In this document: in pieces, positions 23,409 through 36,240 of the stretch
Layout of the letters: each line of letters starts with the position of its first letter
Position numbering within the stretch: position 1 is the stretch's first letter
Origin: Vicugna vicugna
Taxonomy: Eukaryota
Direction: 5' to 3'
NCBI GenBank assembly: GCA_013265495.1
Contig: MU057947.1
Coordinates: 134,048-198,047 of the forward strand
Length of the DNA: 64,000 nucleotides
Made by a program: the position numbers and the translations under genes
The notes under the pieces: generated by a model
The model's input: the letters and a program-made list of their open reading frames with translations, nothing else
Database searches by the model: none
What the model was told of the DNA's origin: nothing

Positions 23409-24351
23409 AAAATGTACGCTTTCTAACAGAAATAACACCGTGGTGTTTTGGAGATAACAAGCTGTGCACATTTCGGAACTCCAGCCATGGTATCATTTAG
23501 ATACAAATTCTGCAACTTGGTTAGTAGCAGCTACACAAAAGTGACTTATAAAAACCTTCAAATTTTACTTTTTTTTAAAAAATAGGAAACATGTTCACGA
23601 AGGTTCCTACAATGGTCATGTAATTATGTTTCCTACACCAAGAAGGTTCCCAGTCTGGTGGCAAGGGATGATTTCTCACTTCCATCATCCCCTACACATC
23701 ATGTTGGGTCCTCTGCAGCCACTCTCGGGCCAGTGGTGGCTCTGAATCTGACTCAAGGAAAACTCAGGGACACCAGCAGCCCACGCAGGGCTGTTGCTGT
23801 GTAATCAACGCCTCTGACTCTGCTGGCCAGGTGAGCACAGGCATGCTGCTGGCTGCACTGCTTACTCAAAAAGAGTGGAGGTCAATTTGGAAGCTTTGCT
23901 TCCATGAGCCCGGCATGCTGCCTGCAGAGCAAGCATGTAATTCGCGCTGTGCTGGCTTGAAGACCACGCACCTCCCAATAACCAGCTCTTGTCATGAGAA
24001 AGTCAGAAATGGAGGTCCTGCCCTATACAGGAGTGAGACCCTGCACAGTTCAGCTCAGAGCCCTGGGCACCCTCTTCGTGGAAACAAACTCAGCACCACG
24101 AGAGAAGCTGCTATCTCACAGCCTCCATTTCTCAGACCCGGCAATGATGAAGCATAAATTAATAAAACCAAAACATCTGCTTCTTGAATGATTGAAAGAA
24201 TGCAACTGAGTGAATGAAGTCAGCAACCTGAAGAAGTCCTGGTAACTAAGCCATCAGACAGGACTTTCCCCCAAGACAGCTTCACATGGGACACCTGGAC
24301 ACATGACTCACCCAGAGAACAAAGTCCCAAATTCCTTCCCCTATTTGTTGA

Positions 24352-24892
24352 GCCATCTGTCCATCCAGCAAGTATTTTTAAAGCTCCTACTTTGTGAGAA
24401 GCACCGTATCATGTGCTGGAGTTAAGGGATGAACGTGGCATAGCCCTTACTCGGGAAGAAACCAACACGGGCAAAAAAAAATCAATCCAGGAGGAGCACC
24501 TGTGTGACGCAAAGTACTGTGCAAACACACAGGTGCTGGAGGAGGAACAAACTTCATTTTAAGGAACGTTTTGAGGAAGCAGTGACATTTGCATCAGATC
24601 TTGAAATAGGAGTAAAATTATAAAAGTGTGGGAGGAGAGAGGAAGCGTATTTGAGGACTAGAAACCAGTATGTGCAAAACTGTGGATGTCTGACAAGGAT
24701 AAGGAGTTCAGGCAAGGGCGACCCAGAACACTGAGTGCCACACTGGGGCCACTGGAGGTAGAGAAAGAAGAGAGAGACGTGTGGATTATGGACGACCTTG
24801 ACTGCCATATTCAGAAGATTGAACTTAATCCTATCTGCCCTGGGGAGACATTGAAGGGTTTGCAGTGGAATAGCATGAACCAATTTCATCTC
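24352..24892 (-). mobile_element. L2 LINE 3' fragment
   Basis: CATCCAGCAAGTATTTTTAAAGCTCCTACTTTGTG...GAGGAAGCAGTGACATTTGCATCAGATCTTGAA...GAACTTAATCCTATCTGCCCTGGGGAGACATTGAAGGGTTT. Confidence 0.7.
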
Positions 24893-25839
24893 AAAACCAA
24901 AGGTCTACACATACTTTTGCAACAATTCAACTACAGAAATGAAGACAGGCTTGCTCACAGAGGTTGCTGCCAGTTTCTAACCTACATATCCCGGGCATCA
25001 ATTTAAAACTCAAAACTGCCTTGCGTCACCAGGCCCAGGTGCTGGCCACAGGCCAGTGGCACCCCTTCCTTCAAAGACTCCCTCCAGACTCTCATTTGTA
25101 ACTCTAACTGTCACACGTGTTCCGTGGGCTTTGTCCTCCTTTCCAGACCTTTTACATGGGGGACAGGTTTTAAATAAAATAAAAAATTCCTCGTGCTTCT
25201 CGCAGATTGGACTTGATTAAATATCCCACTGATAAAGGGTAAGCAAATGTCAGCTTCAATATCATAAAAAGAGAAACGAGAGTTCATGCAAGCGGCAAAG
25301 CAAACAATCCATTTTCATACTTTATTAGAAACATCTATTGCCATAATGACTACATCATTTTAAGCAAGCAGGTGGAAAGGTGTTCTGTGCGCGGTATCTC
25401 CAGATATCTTTATTTTGAAGATGTTCTCTCTCCAGTATTTAGACAGGTGTTTCATTCCCACTAATAGAGTGAGGGCATGAGAAGCTGTGGTTTTAGCTGT
25501 CGTAGAAGCGCTTGAAGGGCATGGCCTTTCACCGTGCTTCCCCAGGGATGTGAATCCACTCAACGCGACACTTTTCCACACTGCACAACGTGCAGATTGT
25601 GGGCACCAAGGGCAGAACTCACTGTACACTACTCAGTGTTCTTCCAACGTCCACAGCTCACGTTCCGAATGTGCCTCCCAATTTTCCCAATCCCTCTATA
25701 ATTTACTAGTCACGTAATTATGATCTCGATTCTACAGCCAAAAGATATAGAAAGGGCTATGTTCTCTAATATCTACACCACTTTGAAAAATATTTGCAGA
25801 TTATCTAGAAGAGGAGATTCTAAAAGCCCTTCACTCACC

Positions 25840-26368
25840 TGTTATTAGTTATCTACTACTGTGTAACAGGATTACTGCAAACTTAGTGGCTGAACAGAAC
25901 ACACATTCAGTATTCACAGTTTCTATGGGTGCAGCTTAGCTGGGTTCTCTATGGAGCTGCAGTCAAGATGCTGGCCAGGGTCGGTGTCTCATCTGGAGGC
26001 TTGACTGGGGAAGGAGCCACTTTTGATCTCATACAGTTGTTGGATTCATTTCCTTGTGGCTGAAGGACTGAGGACCTGAGTTTCTTGCTGGCTGATCAGA
26101 AGCTATTCTCAGCTCCTTGCCACGTGGTCCTCTCCATATGACCCTCACAATATGGCAATTTCCTTCTTCAAAGCCAGCAAAGGAAAGAGCCACACAGCAA
26201 GGCCAGTGTTACAATTGAACGTAATGGAGTCACGTGTGAGATTTATACTTCCTTCACTGTACGCTTTCAGGCAGAAGCATGTACAGATCCCACTCACACC
26301 CCAGGGTAGGGGACCCCACAAAGGGTGAACACCAAGACGCAGGAGCTACCTCAGTCCATCCCCCATAC
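25840..26368 (-). mobile_element. MLT1F-like MaLR solo LTR
   Basis: TATTAGTTATCTACTACTGTGTAACA...AACTTAGTGGCT...TCATCTGGAGGCTTGACTGGGGAAGGA...CTCCTTGCCACGTGG...CTTCTTCAAAGCCAGCAA. Confidence 0.85.
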
Positions 26369-27294
26369 CTTCCTTCATATTCAGTAGGGCACCTGGAGTA
26401 GGTGGGGCCAGTTTCCTATGGTAGAATTGAATTGCTTCCAAATTTAACAAAGTGGGGAAAAAAATCATGTAGTTTGATAAGCTATTTCTCCCCTTAATGT
26501 CATAAATTCAGATCTTCTTTCTTATAGATACTAAAATTCCCAGGCTGCATAACTTAGAAATGTTCAATTTCTGCTTTTCTTTGGCAAACATAAGTGACTG
26601 GATCAGAAAACTGGAGTAGGAGGTAACGTGAAGTATTTTAATTCAGCCAAACAGCAAATATTTATTGAGTTCTTACCAAACCCTCTGCAAAGGAGCCCTG
26701 GAAAGCAGAAGGCAGGGGCCTCTGTCTCAAGAGTTTGAAGAATTCATTAGAGCAGAAAATATCTTCCAAATTTCTAAGTATATGAAAGAGATTGACTCTT
26801 CTGTTTCTCTCCTAGTTTATGAGCAAATAATTAGAGACCGTACTTCTTGGCTGTGCAAAAACTGCCTTGCACACACAGTATGTGAAGTTATGTCAGATTA
26901 GAGCAAAAGTGAGCAAACACATGGGCTGGCTGAGGCTTCCACATGGGCAAGAGGGACACTCAACACAGAGACGAGCCCTCCACTCAAAACAGCTGGGCCC
27001 CACCTCAGACATACTTGTGAAAGGATTTCTGGGCTCCCAGAAAGTAGCCAGTGCCCACCGCCCCCCCCCCCACCAATGTGAGCTGAAACCAGAGCAGTGA
27101 GAGCAGGAAGTGGAAAGCAGATGATGGGAAATGCATGTGTGTGGGCCGGCAGAGCAGCCCCCGAGCCGTGTCAGCACCGCACTACCGGGACTAAACTTTG
27201 GTCCCCTGGCAGGATGGAGGAGCTGACACTGACACTCACAGATTCAGGCTGAGACTCTAGAATCAGACTAAAACTTGTTCTAGTCAGTGGTGAC

Positions 27295-28865
27295 TCCTGG
27301 CTCCCAATCCAAGCAAAGCCAAATGAAAGTCTTCTAAGGAGAAAAACATACTCAGTCAGACTGCCAGGATTTTCATCAAATAACATCTATTAAACATGAG
27401 TTTGCTGTTGAAGATGTTCCGTATTTACAAGGAAGTGAGGTGCCATGTGGGAGAGTCAACAGCAAAGGAGCACCAAAGCCAAACAAAGAGAAGTTCTTCA
27501 AGCAAGAGGAGATAAAAGCAAATCACATACAAAAGGATAGCTGTTGGGCTGACGGCAGACTTCTCAAAAGACACAGTGAAAGCCACCAGTCCATGGGTTA
27601 TTATCCGGAACGTGTTAAGCAAAGAAAAAAAGCCTGTCAACCAGAATCATATATTCACCAAAACAATCTTTCAAGAGTGAGGATAAAATAAACATATTTT
27701 CCGATTAAAAAATAAAACAGGAAAGAAAAATATTCTAGAAGGAAAGTGTGAGATGTTAGAAAGAATGAGGAGCAAACAGAAGGAAAGTCTAAATAAGTAT
27801 TATGTGAATTGGTAATCATTATAATGTCTAATTTATAGGATTAAACAAGGATACAATTAAAATACTTCATATTAATAATACATAAGCCAAAAGGAGTGTT
27901 TAAAGTTTGTTGTCAGATACGTGTATTGTTCCAGAAAAGAGCTGAGAAATTATCTTTAGATTGTTTTTAGTTTAATATGCATAATAAATTTTCAAAAGTA
28001 AACACTAATAAAAAAATTAAAGTGTCTAGCTTCAAAGCCAGTGGAGATAAGGAAATGGAATAAGAACACAAAATAAAAACTAAATTTTTTAACATCAAGA
28101 AAGAAGAAAATAGAAATATTAAATGAGACATATAGAAAGCAAATTACAATGGTGTAAACAAAGCAAGTATATCAATAATAAAAATATATGTTTTCAGTTT
28201 AAATTCCCAATTAAAATTTAGAGTAAATTTTTAGTGTAGATATTCATACTGTTATAAGAGACATGTTTAAAACATAAGAACATGAAAAGGTTGAAAATAA
28301 AATAATGAAAAAATATAACTAGGAAATAAACTCCAATATAAACACACTGGGGAGAACAATGAGAGATACACTGTATGCTGATGAATGTTCAGTGTACCAG
28401 GAAGATGTAAATATTCTGAAGTTCTATGCACCACATGAAGGAACTTCACAAATCTCAAGAAAAATGATGGATAGCTCTACTAGTACAAATACATAAGTCC
28501 ATCCTCTTAGTGAGAGATTTTAGTTTAGCTCTTTAAATGCAGCAAACTTCCAAGTTAAGTAGTCAAAACAGCAGTCAAGATGTAGAATACTCGAATATCA
28601 CAGTCAGTAAGCTTGGGGATTGCTAGCATATATAGAAAATTAGACCTTCTCAAACACAAATAGAACATTATAAAACTTGTCCACGAGGCCATAAGTCAAG
28701 TTCCAACAAAGCTTAAGGCTTGGTGTCATACAGATGATCACACAAATCATGCAAGTGCTGATCAAAAGTCATTGACATTATAAGCTGATAACCAAAAAAA
28801 AGGACTAAAACTTTTATATTCAAAAAATACATCAAAATAACTCATTGATCAAAGAAGAAAAAAAT
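27295..28865 (+). mobile_element. Ancient L1M fragment (ORF1 C-terminus to ORF2 endonuclease remnant)
   Basis: A-rich. CAAATCACATACAAAAGG...GCTGACGGCAGACTTCTCA...TGTCAACCAGAATCATATAT...TCTTTCAAGAGTGAGGATAAAATAAA corresponds to ORF1 QITYKG..LTADFS..CQPRI..SFK. Confidence 0.75.
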
Positions 28866-28874
28866 AGCTTTTCT

Positions 28875-29485
28875 CTTTTTTCAATTATTTTAAACTGTGG
28901 TAACATACATATTTATCATTTTAACCATTTTAAGTGTGCAGTTCAGTGACTAAGGACATTCACTTGTTGTGAATTTTCCACTGTCCATTTCCGGAACCCT
29001 TCATCTTCCCAGACTGGAACTCCGTATCCACTAAACAGTAACTCCCACCCTCCATCCACCTCCTGGCAGCCACCGTCTCCTTCCTGTCTCTATGCATCGG
29101 GTGACTCCAGGGACCTCATGTCAGTGGACTCAGACACATTTGTTTTGTGACTGGCTTATTTCACTTAACACGGTGCCCACAATCCTCACCAACATTATGG
29201 CACATGTTAGAATCGTCTCCTTTTTTGAAATTTAATATTCCATCACTTGTATATACCACATTTTGCTTATATAGCCATCTGTCAGTAGATACTTGGGTTC
29301 CTTCCACCTTCTGGCTATTGCAATTAAAGCTGCTATGAACATGAGTGTACAAATACTGTTCTAGACCCTTCTTTCAGTTCTTCGGGGTATACACCCAGAA
29401 GTGAAATTGCTCGGTCATATGATAATTCTGTTTAATGGCTGGAAGAATCACCATATTGTTTTCCATAGAAGCTGTGCCAGTTTTG
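28875..29485 (-). mobile_element. L1MB-type 3' end
   Basis: TTAACCATTTTAAGTGTGCAGTTCAGTG...CCTGGCAGCCACC...TGACTGGCTTATTTCACTTAACA...GCTGCTATGAACATGAGTGTACAAATA...ACCCAGAAGTGAAATTGCT. Confidence 0.88.
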
Positions 29486-30254
29486 GATTTTTCTTTTAAT
29501 ATTGAGCCGAAACTTCTCCAAATCTCCATCAGTCTCATCATCATCACCACCAGCACCAGCATCACAGAAAAAAAATCCACTTTATTTTAGGTTGCCTTTT
29601 TTTATTTCATACTTGCTCACTTTAGTCAGCCCTATGTAAAATGTCCATTATTTTTAGGATGACAAAACTTACTAGACAGTCAGTTTTCTCTGGATATACT
29701 CCATCGTTAGTCAACCTCAAATGAGTTGTTCAGAAAAGAAAGTGAACATTTTTTATAATAAAATATAGTGCTATTGAACAAAATTCCCCACTGCTAGCTT
29801 GTGCTCTCTGAGAGCATGTTCATAAGTGAAAGGCTTTGAAAGGAATTCGAGATTACCAAGTAAAAATGGTCCTGTGATTACTACGCTCAGTTGTTCCTAG
29901 ATGTGCATTTAGCATCCTGCTGCACAAAAAAGCTGCAAATACATATGACAGAGATTAAAGCAAAGAAAGGAACAGAATCTGTGGGTGCTGGGGGGAGGGG
30001 CTTGCCAATTTATCATATTAGTGAAAGCATTAAGAATTAGAAAGCACGAAGTCATCTTCGTTTCACTCACAGAACTCTGATTTCCTTGGAAATGATCATT
30101 TCAAAGAATTGATTTGGACTCTATCCTGAGCATCAGTAAACTTCAGCTTAGCCAGCCCAGGGGGGCTAGAAAAAAATAGTTTATTCATTTATTGCATAAA
30201 GACTTGTTCTTCACCTGCAGCTTAGGAGTCACCTAGCAACTTTACAGTCATTTT

Positions 30255-30400
30255 CTCTACTCCTTATGATAGCCTTGCAAATGACATTATCATTACCCCC
30301 ATTTTATACTGGAGAAAACTGACTTCCAAGAAGCTACCTACCCTGCAGAAAAGGACAGGATCAGTTACAGTCAGTAACTAAACTTGCATGTTTCCTCTGG
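30255..30400 (-). mobile_element. MIR fragment
   Basis: ATTATCATTACCCCCATTTTATACTGGAGAAAACTGAC core. Confidence 0.6.
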
Positions 30401-30439
30401 CTCTTTGCTTGGAGCCGATCATCTAATTATTCCCCCAGA

Positions 30440-31200
30440 CAGACCTTATAGAAGGTAAATTCTCTGGGTCTCTTTAGAATCAAAATGCCTTTATTCTCCT
30501 CTCATGTTGACTGTCAGTTGGGCTGGGTATACAAAATCCTTTTCCCTGAGAACTTTGGGGATATCATCCCAGTGTCTTCTGCCTGTGGTGCTGGTGAGAA
30601 GACTCAAGTCAATGTGATTCTTGATTCTTTATAAGTAGCTCTGATTTTTCCCCCTTTCTCTGAAAGCCCTTAACAATGTCTCTCTACCTTTGGTGCTCAG
30701 AAATTCAACAGTGATGAGGCTTCCATCTTTTTTTACCGGCTCCACTCAGCCCTTGGTCTTTCAATCTGAAAACACAGGTATTTCTTCAGCTATGGGAAAT
30801 ATTTTCTCATTATTCCCTTGCTGAATGCTTTCTTCTGTTTCCTTTGTGCTCTTTTGTGTCTGGGCATGGGGCTCAGCAACCTCCCGGGACCCTGAGCCTT
30901 CACAGCTCCGATCTGCTCCTTCTTGCTCCTTGGCTGATGCCGCCCCGTGCCCGGCTCTGGGTGGGGAGGGGGCTTCCAGTCAGCACAGCTCCTGCAAAGG
31001 CTGCGCTGGGGGGCAGAGCCCACATGTTCCACTGTTTCCTGCCTCAGGGTCTCCTGCACGTGCCGCGGACTAAGGCTTTTCTCCCTTCCCTTCTCAGCTC
31101 TGTCTATTTCTGGCAGACTCCTGCACACTTCTGATTCACTATTTTTCTTAATTCTTCTTTCTCGTGTTTTAGTGGACTGCTTATTTTTAAAAGGCTTTAC
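30440..31200 (-). mobile_element. HAL1 / ancient L1 ORF1-like fragment
   Basis: TTGGGCTGGGTATACAAAATCCTTTTCCCTGAGAACTTTG...CTTTCAATCTGAAAACACAGGTATTTCTTCAGCTATGGGAAATATTTTC, the reverse of an ENFP..L.LQIE-type ORF1 motif. Confidence 0.6.
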
Positions 31201-32913
31201 TGAGACTTTGTGGCATTGATGGTCCCCAAGTTGTAGACAGTCTCTTCTCGGGCCACCACGCGGCTCCTTAATTCACTCTGCACTTTAACTGCTCATAAAA
31301 CGCACAATGCGAAAAACCAGTTTGGGGTGTATTATAACTGAGATCAGGTCTCTGTAAATGGCTACTTCGAAAACATATTGGAAGCCCGGAGCGGTCCTGG
31401 TACATATCTTGGCGTCAATCGGTGCAGGCTTTTACGTTGCAATAAACTGACGGCAAGCATCTCGAGGACTTTTCAGAATCATAATTGAGGTTTAATCCTC
31501 CTTCCTGTTCTTTTGATGCAAATCTCAACAGCACAGGGATGACCTGGCTGTTCTGGAACTGTTTCCAGCAGCTGGAATGGTACGATACAGAGCTACGTCT
31601 ATCAGAGTTGAGTTTTTACTTTAAGTGCATTTTCCTTTGACTTTTCTGCTGCTGTGCTTCATACATTTTCTGCAGAGTCAGAAAGATGCAGTTTCAAAGG
31701 TAAATTGAAGCCATTTAGACCCACCTATGATTCTGGAATCACATTTGTGTGTATGTGTTTGTATTTCATGAGGTGTGTCCTGTAAATAAGTTTTAGCAGT
31801 ATTCAGTGTTTTATTTACTATTCAATCTAACCGGCTTATCAAAAATTTTAAAAATCTAAATGATGTGCAGACAAGCTGCATGCAAAACCCAAAATGTAAG
31901 CAGGAGGAGATGTACAAAAATGGTGTTTATTACCAACAGGCTGGGAGCCTCGCGATGCTTCACCCCGTTCAGCAGGGCAGAGAAGCCTCGCCCCAGAAAG
32001 CTGGGAGGGGCGTTGAGCAGAAAGAATATTCCACTAGAAGTGTGGGAACCTCAGACAATTTGGGTGGTTTTTCCAGAAAAGACCTCATGAAAAGGTTCAT
32101 TTAGCAAGTGGTGGGAAGCCTAGAAGTCAGGAAGTCGATTGTTAACAGCAGAGAAGATCTTAGAATTTAATGGGGAACTTAGTGACCATCCAGTGATGGG
32201 CTGATACGGGTGGGTTTTATTCGGGCCACCGTGGTCACCTGGATCTCAGTGGCTCATGCATTCAAACAGGACAGCACTTGGCCGAAAAGCACAGAAAACG
32301 CAGCACCGGGCACACGCTCCAGCAGCTGAGTGCAGTTCTCTCTGCCAGGCTCCAAGTCCGAGGGGCAGGATATATTTACGATGGGGTTTTAAGCAATTTC
32401 CCCTGCCCCCGGGTCATGACTGGGGCTGCTCTCCAGGCCTCTCCGGGTTCCCATTTCACAACTTCTGCAGATCCCACAGACCACTAAGGAATGATGTGTA
32501 AATTTCACACAGCTCCCACGTTTGGGTTGGAAGAGCATCTGAAAACTTGGTTGCTTACCCAGAATTTATCCAAATATTGTTCATTGGACAATCTCACGTG
32601 ATTGGCCTTTCTCAAGAGACTTTCCTGGGTTTAAGCCCAGCCAGAAACAGTAAATGAACAGCCAATCAGTGAGTTCAAAGGCACGCAGTTTTTAAACACC
32701 AAGACTGAAAAGCCTCCTCTTTGGAACCTCAGGAATGATTTGGATTGGCTTGTGCCTTCCGCAGAGATCAGAGTCAGCCCCCCACCCTCCCTGCACACCA
32801 CAGGAGTTTTACTATAGTCACAGGAAGATTAAACAGCGGTCCGTTGAGAACCGCTGCCGTTCCCGTGAGAAGGAAGGACTCCGATTCCCAGGAGACACCC
32901 ATTCTTTGCTAGG

Positions 32914-33382
32914 GTATTAGTTTTCTCTTGCTGCTGAAACAAATCACCACGAACTTAGTTGCTTAAAGCAACAGAGTATTTGGGGGGTTTGTTTTCATTT
33001 TTTTCCAGTTCTGAGATTAGAAGTCTAAAATCAAGTCTAAGATGAGGGCTACATGCCTGGGGGCTTCATGGAGAATCCTTTCCCTGTGTCCTCCAGCTTC
33101 TAGATGTGCTTGCATTTCTTGGCTCACGGCCCCTTCCATGAATCATTCCAGCCTCCTGTCTCTCTTGTCACCCCTCCTACTGCCCACTCAAATCCTCCTG
33201 CCCCTCTTTGACGGACCCTTGAACTGCATCAGGCCCACCTGGAGAATCCAGAGTACTCTCACCTCAAGATCCTTAGCTTAACCACATCTGCAGAGTCCCT
33301 TTGCATGTCAGGTGACACTGACAGGTTCGGAGGATTAGGACACAGATATATTTGGGGGCAATTATTCAGCCAACCAACCACA
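32914..33382 (-). mobile_element. MLT1C/D-type MaLR solo LTR
   Basis: GTATTAGTTTTCT...AACAAATCACCACGAACTTAG...GGCCCACCTGGAGAATCCAG...TCAAGATCCTTAGCTTAACCACATCTGCAGAGTCCCTTT...ATTATTCAGCC. Confidence 0.88.
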
Positions 33383-33420
33383 GTTAGTTTCCCCTTAACC
33401 AAAAACTCTAGATTCAAAAG

Positions 33421-34110
33421 CCAAAGTAATTTGTGTTTCTTGGTCTTTATCCAAAGATGTCAAAAACTATGGCCACATAAAAACTTACACATGAAAGTTT
33501 ATAGCAGCTTCATTCATAACTGCCAAAGCTTGGAAATAACCAAGATGTCCTTCAGTAGGTGGATGGATAAACTGTGGTACATCCATTTAATGGAGTATTA
33601 TTTGGCAGTAAAAAAAGAAATGAGGTATCAAACCATGAAAAGTCATGGAGTAAACTTAAATGCATGTTACTAAGTGAAAGAAGACAGTTTCAGAAGGCGA
33701 CATACTGTTTGATTCTGACTATATGACACCCAGGAAAAGGCAACACTACAGACGTGGTGAAGCGCAGTGGTTGCCATGGGTTGGGGAGGGGGATGAAAGG
33801 AGGAGGACAAAGGGATTTTTAGGGCAATTAGATTACTGCCTATGATGCCATGATGGTGAATTATGTGTTTGTCTAAACCCATAGACTGTACAACACCAAG
33901 AGTCAACCCTGATGTTAACCGTGGGCTTTGGGTGATGACGTGTCCACATGGGTCCAACAATGATAACAAAGGTACCACCTGGTGGGGATGTTGGTGGCAG
34001 GGGAGGCTGTGCATGTGGGGGGAGGATGTATTCAGGACATCTCTGTACCTTCCCTTCCATTTTGCCGTGAATCTAAAACGAGTCTACCCCTTTCAAAAAA
34101 AAAGTAAATA
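33421..34110 (+). mobile_element. L1MC-type 3' end with A-tail
   Basis: CCAAGATGTCCTTCAGTAGGTGGATGGATAAACTGTGGTACATCCAT...TACTAAGTGAAAGAAG...CCCATAGACTGTACAACACCAAGAGTCAACCCTGATGT. Confidence 0.9.
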
Positions 34111-34359
34111 AAACGACTCAAAAAATTGTCTCAATTTTTTAAAAAGAGAGGAAAAAACTATTACTAAAATATTCTGTATTTACTCCCATTGATAGTTTTG
34201 ACAGTAGTTCAAGGTCAACTGCATTTACTTTCTTTGAAAATGCGGCATACTAATAAACGTTTTCTTATCTAAATAAGGACAGTGTACAGTAACAGCAAGA
34301 ATAAAGAAGAAAGAAAAAGCTACGGCATGCACCCTCACAACTTCCTGTTTGTGGAAGCA

Positions 34360-34650
34360 GGCCGAGAGCGAGGCCCGGAGCCCCGGTTTGAGCGGGCAGC
34401 GTCAGGGGGTGCGCCCTCTGTCTGGAGCTCACGTGAGGTTTGGGGCGTGGGGGGAGGCGCGTGCCGGCCCAGGAGGCTGGCTCTGGCTCGGTGAACCCGC
34501 TGGGTGACCGGGGACCTCGGCTTCGCTGGAGGGACACACCCCACCTCTCTGGGCCCCGGTTTCTCCTGAGCGAGAAAAGGCGCGCACCACTCCTGTCCTG
34601 TTCACGAAGCATCACGAGGCAGCGGGAGGGGCGCTCGCCGGGCAAGCACA
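34360..34650. promoter_or_regulatory. Small CpG island
   Basis: CpG-dense GC block abutting AT-rich DNA; contains GGGGCGTGG and TCACGTGA. Confidence 0.55.
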
Positions 34651-35779
34651 GGGTCGTGTTTAGGATCAAAGGATTTCCCCAGGAGTCGCTTTCCTTCCCC
34701 CCTGGTGGCACACTTCACAGACAGGGTGGGACAAGGTTCCTGCAGTGCCTAACGGCATGGACTGTGGAACCAGCTGCGCTATCAGACAGCTCACCCAAGG
34801 CAGGCCCCTCTGATGTCCTGCAGAACAAACGGGCACATGGCCTTTGTCATCATAACACTGGGGAAACACAGAGCGAGGCTAGTGGTGTCAGTCCTTTGTC
34901 TTTGTTGTCTCACACTTCAGATGACACCAGGGAAGAAAGCGGGGGGGAGGGCGGTGGTCAGCCCCCCAAGTCAGAGAATGTCAGAGCTGGGCCCACCAAG
35001 GTCACCCCAGGCCAGGCCCTATGACCGGTTAACAGCACAGGTGGGAGGAAAGGTCAGCTTCAAATATTAATCTATTTTTCTTCATTCTCCTTTTTCTTTG
35101 CATGGAAATTGGTACCTTTATACGCACATCTCTTGTATTTGGGTCACTTGGGTGACAGGACACGTTATGTTTAAGCAACACCTGGGATGCCCCGTGTGCG
35201 TGAGGGAGCGAGACTGTGAGCCGCAGGTGTTTGTGTGAACAGCTATCAGACAGCGGGCAGGAGGAGGGAAGTAAGGCTCACTCTGCCCTGCTACGTCCTT
35301 CTCTCAATACTTCTTTAGAAAGGTTATGTTCAAAATATTAACAATAAATACAGACACGGAGAAATGAATGTTGCCCAGAGCCTCCCGGAGCCCGCACAGA
35401 GCAGATGTCTGGCCGCTAAGCTGTGAGCCCACCCAGGTAACTGGTCTGCAGCCTCCAAGGGGGCAGACGGCGGCTGCCGTCCAAGGTCCAGGACAAATGC
35501 CATCCCGGGACCCGGGTGCCACCTTTCTCCCAGCCCCAGTGCCGGGGTGCTGACGACTTGCCGAGGCCTTGTTAGCGACAGCGGCAGGGACCGTGCAGGG
35601 GTCTGTCAGGTGGTCACGGCCCCCGACTTGCCTTTTCACCCCTTGACCTGTGTTTCTGGGATTGAGACCCAAACAGGCACACAGCTTCCTTGTAAGCTGA
35701 GCTCCCGCCCTGGAAGGTGAGACGCTGGTGCCCTGCGGAGCCCACCCCTCCCCTCCTCCCACCCCAGTCGTGCTGAAAT

Positions 35780-36240
35780 GAAAAATTAAAAAGACCCTGC
35801 CGTCTGGGCGGCCCGTGGCGGCCGCGCTGGGGCCAGGTGGGGCGCTGCGGCCGCGCTCCGAAGCCCGGGCTGGCTCGTCCCCGCAACGCCGCCACCGCTG
35901 TGACTTCTGTTGCTGTAACCGCGTCCTAGCGCGGCTCGGGGAGTCGGATTACAAAATGATCTGTGGCCGCAGGAGTGGAGGAGAGGGCCATCTGACTTGG
36001 GGAAGCAGCGCTGCAAGTTGGGAATGATATATGAAATGGGACATCCAGAGTCAACGCTCAGTCGACACACGCGGCGCGGCGGGCTGGCCCCGCGGTGCCC
36101 GGCCGTTTCCCTGTAACCAGACGTTCGGCTCAATCAGCAACAACCCCCCCGGAAAACCGCAGCAAGTCCCTAAGTCGCAGATAAAATATAGCCGCTAACA
36201 GGCGTGCTGTTAATTAGCCGGAGAGTCAGGGGAGAGAGAG
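35780..36240. promoter_or_regulatory. CpG island
   Basis: Dense CpG (GCGGCCGC twice, CGCGGCGCGGCGG). The distal edge has AGATAA and TAATTA. Confidence 0.65.
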
